Shown here piece after piece: positions 59,786 through 64,000 of a stretch of 64,000 nucleotides of DNA. The DNA lies in assembly GCA_024704765.1 (NCBI GenBank), contig JAKMXF010000188.1, positions 491,015 through 555,014 on the forward strand, read 5' to 3'. The stretch's first letter is position 1; each line of letters opens with the position of its first letter. This DNA is from Oopsacas minuta. Taxonomy: Eukaryota > Animalia > Porifera. A program made the translations under genes and the position numbers. The notes below the pieces were generated by a model. That model searched no databases and had not been told where the DNA came from. It worked only from the letters and a program-made list of their open reading frames with translations.

Positions 59786-61869
59786 TTATTTGAATATTTA
59801 TTTATGGCGAGCGAGCTACACTTGCTTGCGCTTTGCTTTGGCGGACATTTCTTGTTTTGTTGAGCTTGCCACTTTCTGCCATCGAATTATATTTAGAGGT
59901 ACAACAATTTACATATCAGTAACTTGAACCTGTGAAATTCAGAATCAGCGTACTCGATTACCACAGTACACAGTAAAATCGTTGAAGCAAGTTTCTAGGA
60001 CTATTTAGAATGTATTAGGGCGTTTTGGAAAAAAATATTTTTGAATCTTACAATGCATACCCTCTCAATTCGTAGGTTTATTAGGAAAAGATGTACTGCG
60101 AAGTTTTTGGATAATTTTTTGGGGAAATTTTATCTTTTATTATCCATGGTCAATCCAAATTCCACTTGAGTCATTCTCTAGACTTATCTGTACATAACCA
60201 GTAACATTGTTTGTGCTGTCCAGATACTGACCGAACTAGCCACTTAGCCACTACCACGGTCCAGAGTGATGATCATGACTTCATGTCTTCCTCTTTACAG
60301 CTAATACTGAATGCTTATAAGATACCAGACACTAAGAGTCAGATCAGAGTGAGTGTAGAGAACAATGTTTGGCACGTTATACAGCCCTATCTTGATTCTA
60401 GATACATTTTAGATAACAATCCTTCTGTCTACGTATGAAGAAGAATTAGAGAATGTTGATATTCGTTTAGTGTCTCCTATTTATAGATCTGAGATAACAA
60501 AGAATATAATCATTTGCTGTCACGTTTTGTAATCGATTGTCAAGTTTTGTTCTTCACCCTTCTGCTTAGTTACTTTTCCAAGTTTGTTCTCGCTCGCTAT
60601 CTTGAGCAGCATATCTTGGAGGAAAATTTGAATCTTAAAGATCTAGGTAGACATGACATTTGGATGATACCAGGCGATCTCCACCGACTTCCTGAGGCTA
60701 GAGAATCGATAGTAGGTTTGAAGGAATACCGCCCAGAGGTACCATTTCTTGAAGAGTCTATTTTAGAACAGCTTTATGGATTGTTGAAAATTGTCACAAT
60801 TAGAAGAATTAGAAAAGTTTGAAACGACCATGCGGTGAGTTATTTGAAGTGGATGTCGTATCATATTCTAATAGTCAAACCAATTGGAGAATAGGTTTGG
60901 GAGTGTTGCTGAACTGTGCGAGATTTAGAGAGAGTTTTGAACAGCTAGAAGGAATGCATAAACAACGATCATCCATCTTTCCAGCCCATTCCTTCAAATG
61001 TGTGTTTAATGATGAATTCCAGGAGTTAGTTAGACTGTTCATATTGAAGGAGTTGGAAGAAGGCGCGGGGCTGTTGTACTTCTGAGCAGGAATCTATTAC
61101 TGATTCTGAACAAGAGTTACTCTCCCGTTGGGTTGGGACAGATTAATATTGTGCATAAGAAACTCGTATAAGCTTAGAGAACCTATTCTCTCTCTCCGAA
61201 AGCCACCTTGAGTATGTCGAAAAAACTTTTTTCCTCGATTTGGAATTGCCAAACTTTCTCGGAAGTGTGCCATCATTCATCGGGTAGAAACTGCCTGTCT
61301 AAATCGGAGCATTTCAGAACAAAATTAACCTCTTTGGCCACAAACTAATTTAGAGAAAGCGATTTTCATTTCAAAGTTTAGCAGTGGTGCTTTTTCTCCT
61401 GTGCTGCAGTGCAGTATTTGGAGAAATACTAAGTAAAGCGAACGAGGTCCCTGACGTATCATCAGAGGCTAAAGATTTTTGGGATAGTTTGATAAGAAAA
61501 GTTACTTATATTAAGATGTTTGTTACATCAACTTTCGTGATGTTTCCTTTATCTTAGGTAATTTGGTACAGTTTGTCAACGATTCCCTCATCCTGACAAA
61601 GGATTCTTCACACATGCTGAATTTCAGTTTGAACTAGCCACATAAGTTTACTCGGAATATTCTGCAACAGAATAATCTGAGAATACGTTAAAATTCAAGG
61701 CTACTCTAGGAGCCATCCTTAATTACTTCAAACTCGTAGACAGAATACAAAATAAACTCTGGAATCTCTTTTATCCGGGCAGTGGCGGACCGGAGGGTGC
61801 CCGGAAGTCAGAATTTACCCGAATATCGAAAATAATATTAACTGAGTTTCACTCAATGGGAGGTCTAAT

Positions 61870-62130
61870 TAGTATATAGGATAAATATCAATCAAGATGC
61901 ATTTGATATGTGCACATCTCCCGTGTTTAACAAATGGTTCTACAATACATCTCTGATCGTTACTAACTGGATTTAGCCAGACACACACTGAATTGCTGTT
62001 ATATCTATAGCTGGTTACATCATGGGTTTGGGAGATCGACATCCCGAGAATATGCTCATTTCTACACAACCTGGAAACGTAATGCATGTGGATTTCGAGT
62101 TGCTTTATGGGAACAACAATTACCTGCATG
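61870..62130 (+). pseudogene. Degraded PI3K-related kinase (ATR-like) catalytic segment
   Basis: PVFNKWFYNT...AVISIAGYIMGLGDRHPENMLISTQPGNVMHVDF, with two in-frame stops upstream of the DRH motif. Confidence 0.75.
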
Positions 62131-64000
62131 TGAGTGACTTGAAAGTGCGAAATTTTAAATCAGCGTACTTGATTAGCCTCGTAAGACCGTTGAAACCAAT
62201 TCTTTTGAGATTTGTTTACTTTCTGGGACTATTTAGATATTATTTCACGATAAATTCATTAATACAACAATAAATTTACATATGAGAAACTTGAATATAC
62301 GAAATTCGGATTCAAAGTACTTTGTTACCCCATTATAGCCTATAAGAGCAGGTCTCTACGCATATTTAATTATATTAATTATTACAATGCCAGTTTACTT
62401 GGTTTAACAGGGTTAGATGTGATTTTCTTACAGCTTTGTACTAGAATATACAGAAAAACAATTAAGACAAGAGTTATTTTAGGTATGAACTTTTAAATGT
62501 TTTCGGGGATTTAGATTGCTTTATATGAGATTACAAATTGTTGTATAATTTGGCAGAAGAATAAGTGAAACTGTTTTATATAAAGAAATATTCGCTTTTG
62601 GAAGGTATAGTGAATATGGGCTAGTCCTCGTATTCATAGATTGAGATTTCACATTTCGAATATTGTTAAACATCTATCCAATATACAAAGACACATTTCC
62701 TATGATGCCCTTATACACCTTCTATAGTTAATTATCTTCCAAATTTGTAAAACATATTAATTCTGAAAATAAAGTCGCAGTAGAAATGTGAGATAAATTA
62801 TAAATATTCCAGCGATACATCTAGCAGACCTTCTCTGTAAGTCAATTTGAATGTCAGTGTAAGAAACCTTTTAGTCTAAGGTTTTTCTTTTTAACTAATG
62901 CGTCTGTATGTCTAGAGAAAGATATTATGATCAATAGCAATGATTAGGAATTTATGATTTGGTAACTGGAAACGTTTGTCCTGTACATCAGTATAGAACA
63001 AGACTTCATATTGTTAATCCAGTAGACTCTAAGTTATTATCTTCAAGATCAGGACTACTTTAAGGGTTAGGATACCCAGATCATATCTAGAGTAAGTCAC
63101 CTTTTTTAGATGCAGTCCTATGTTTACGGGTTATATTATAGCCTGAGATGTGAACTTTGGAGTCTTAAAATAATCTTCTCATCAAATTTCTGAAATTCCA
63201 AAAATATCAACTTTGTTATTGTTTTGGGGATTATCAACATCGATTCAGGTCATTCAATTTAGCTTGTCAATGTGTAGAATGTCACTGTAGCATTGGCGCA
63301 ACCAAGCTCATGAGTCAGGGTGGGTAAAATGACGTCATGCCCACCCTTCCTATACTTTTTGTATTACGGTAGACCGTATAATACTAAACAAGGATTCCTT
63401 AGAAAACTGGGTTATAGCGGATCGTACCAGACCGGGTCACCGGGTGTGAGCTCACTGGACCAATCGGTTACTGCGTCATGAAATCTTGACCGGTTCTAAG
63501 CGTGTCCAGTACTGTATCGTCTGTATGAACGGATATGTTGGAGCACAAGAAAATAAGGAACCGGTAGGGATTTGGGGCTGAAATTGAGAATACAAATACG
63601 GAGCTTCAGCCTGAAGTTTGAGTTCTTTATCGATCAGGCGTAGCCCACGCTTTTACTCTGCTGGCCGCACTTAAGTATCTGAAGAGCTCGTTGCACCTCA
63701 AGTACTCAAGTGTTCCCCCAAATATATTCTAAAAACTAAAATATGTTTATGAAAAAATGTAATCTCTAGCATAATTTGAAATTATTATATACGAAATGGT
63801 GTGAAAAATATGATTAATCAAATGAACAAATCATGGAGATAGTGATTGAAATGTAAAATTAGGATAGACATACTCAATTACTCCTAGCTAACCGTCAAAA
63901 AGAAATTTTCAAGCATCACTTTGAAAATATGAAAAAGGTGTGAAAATAATGTATGATTCGCTATGGCTGTCAATTTGTAACTTTCTGGCCTTGAATTACA

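Overview
AT-rich, compact, intron-poor animal genomic DNA. The gene and transposon content suggests a non-bilaterian such as a glass sponge, but that is inference only. Host genes: CWC27 (2 exons visible, 4.3 kb intron), an ankyrin-Roc-COR (ROCO) GTPase, a Vasa/DDX4-type helicase, a non-canonical Rab-like GTPase, an orphan coiled-coil/beta-propeller gene with an inverted pseudogene copy, an uninterrupted 13 kb cytoplasmic dynein-2 heavy chain ORF, an SDR16C-type dehydrogenase and degraded ATR-like kinase sequence. About 13-37 kb and 53-59 kb are dense in DNA transposons. The main structure is a three-level nest: an 8.9 kb hAT-type element contains a P element, which contains an apparently intact, intron-containing Ginger1 element encoding an integrase-OTU protease fusion. 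Each level has its own TIRs and TSD. The outer hAT also carries ~2 kb of apparently captured host DNA: the last exon of cytosolic aconitase tail-to-tail with a second 5'-truncated gene. Also present are a ~1.4 kb palindrome showing signs of arm-to-arm homogenisation, plus Harbinger, MULE, Merlin, Buster-type hAT elements and MITEs. No rRNA, confident tRNA or CRISPR array was seen.
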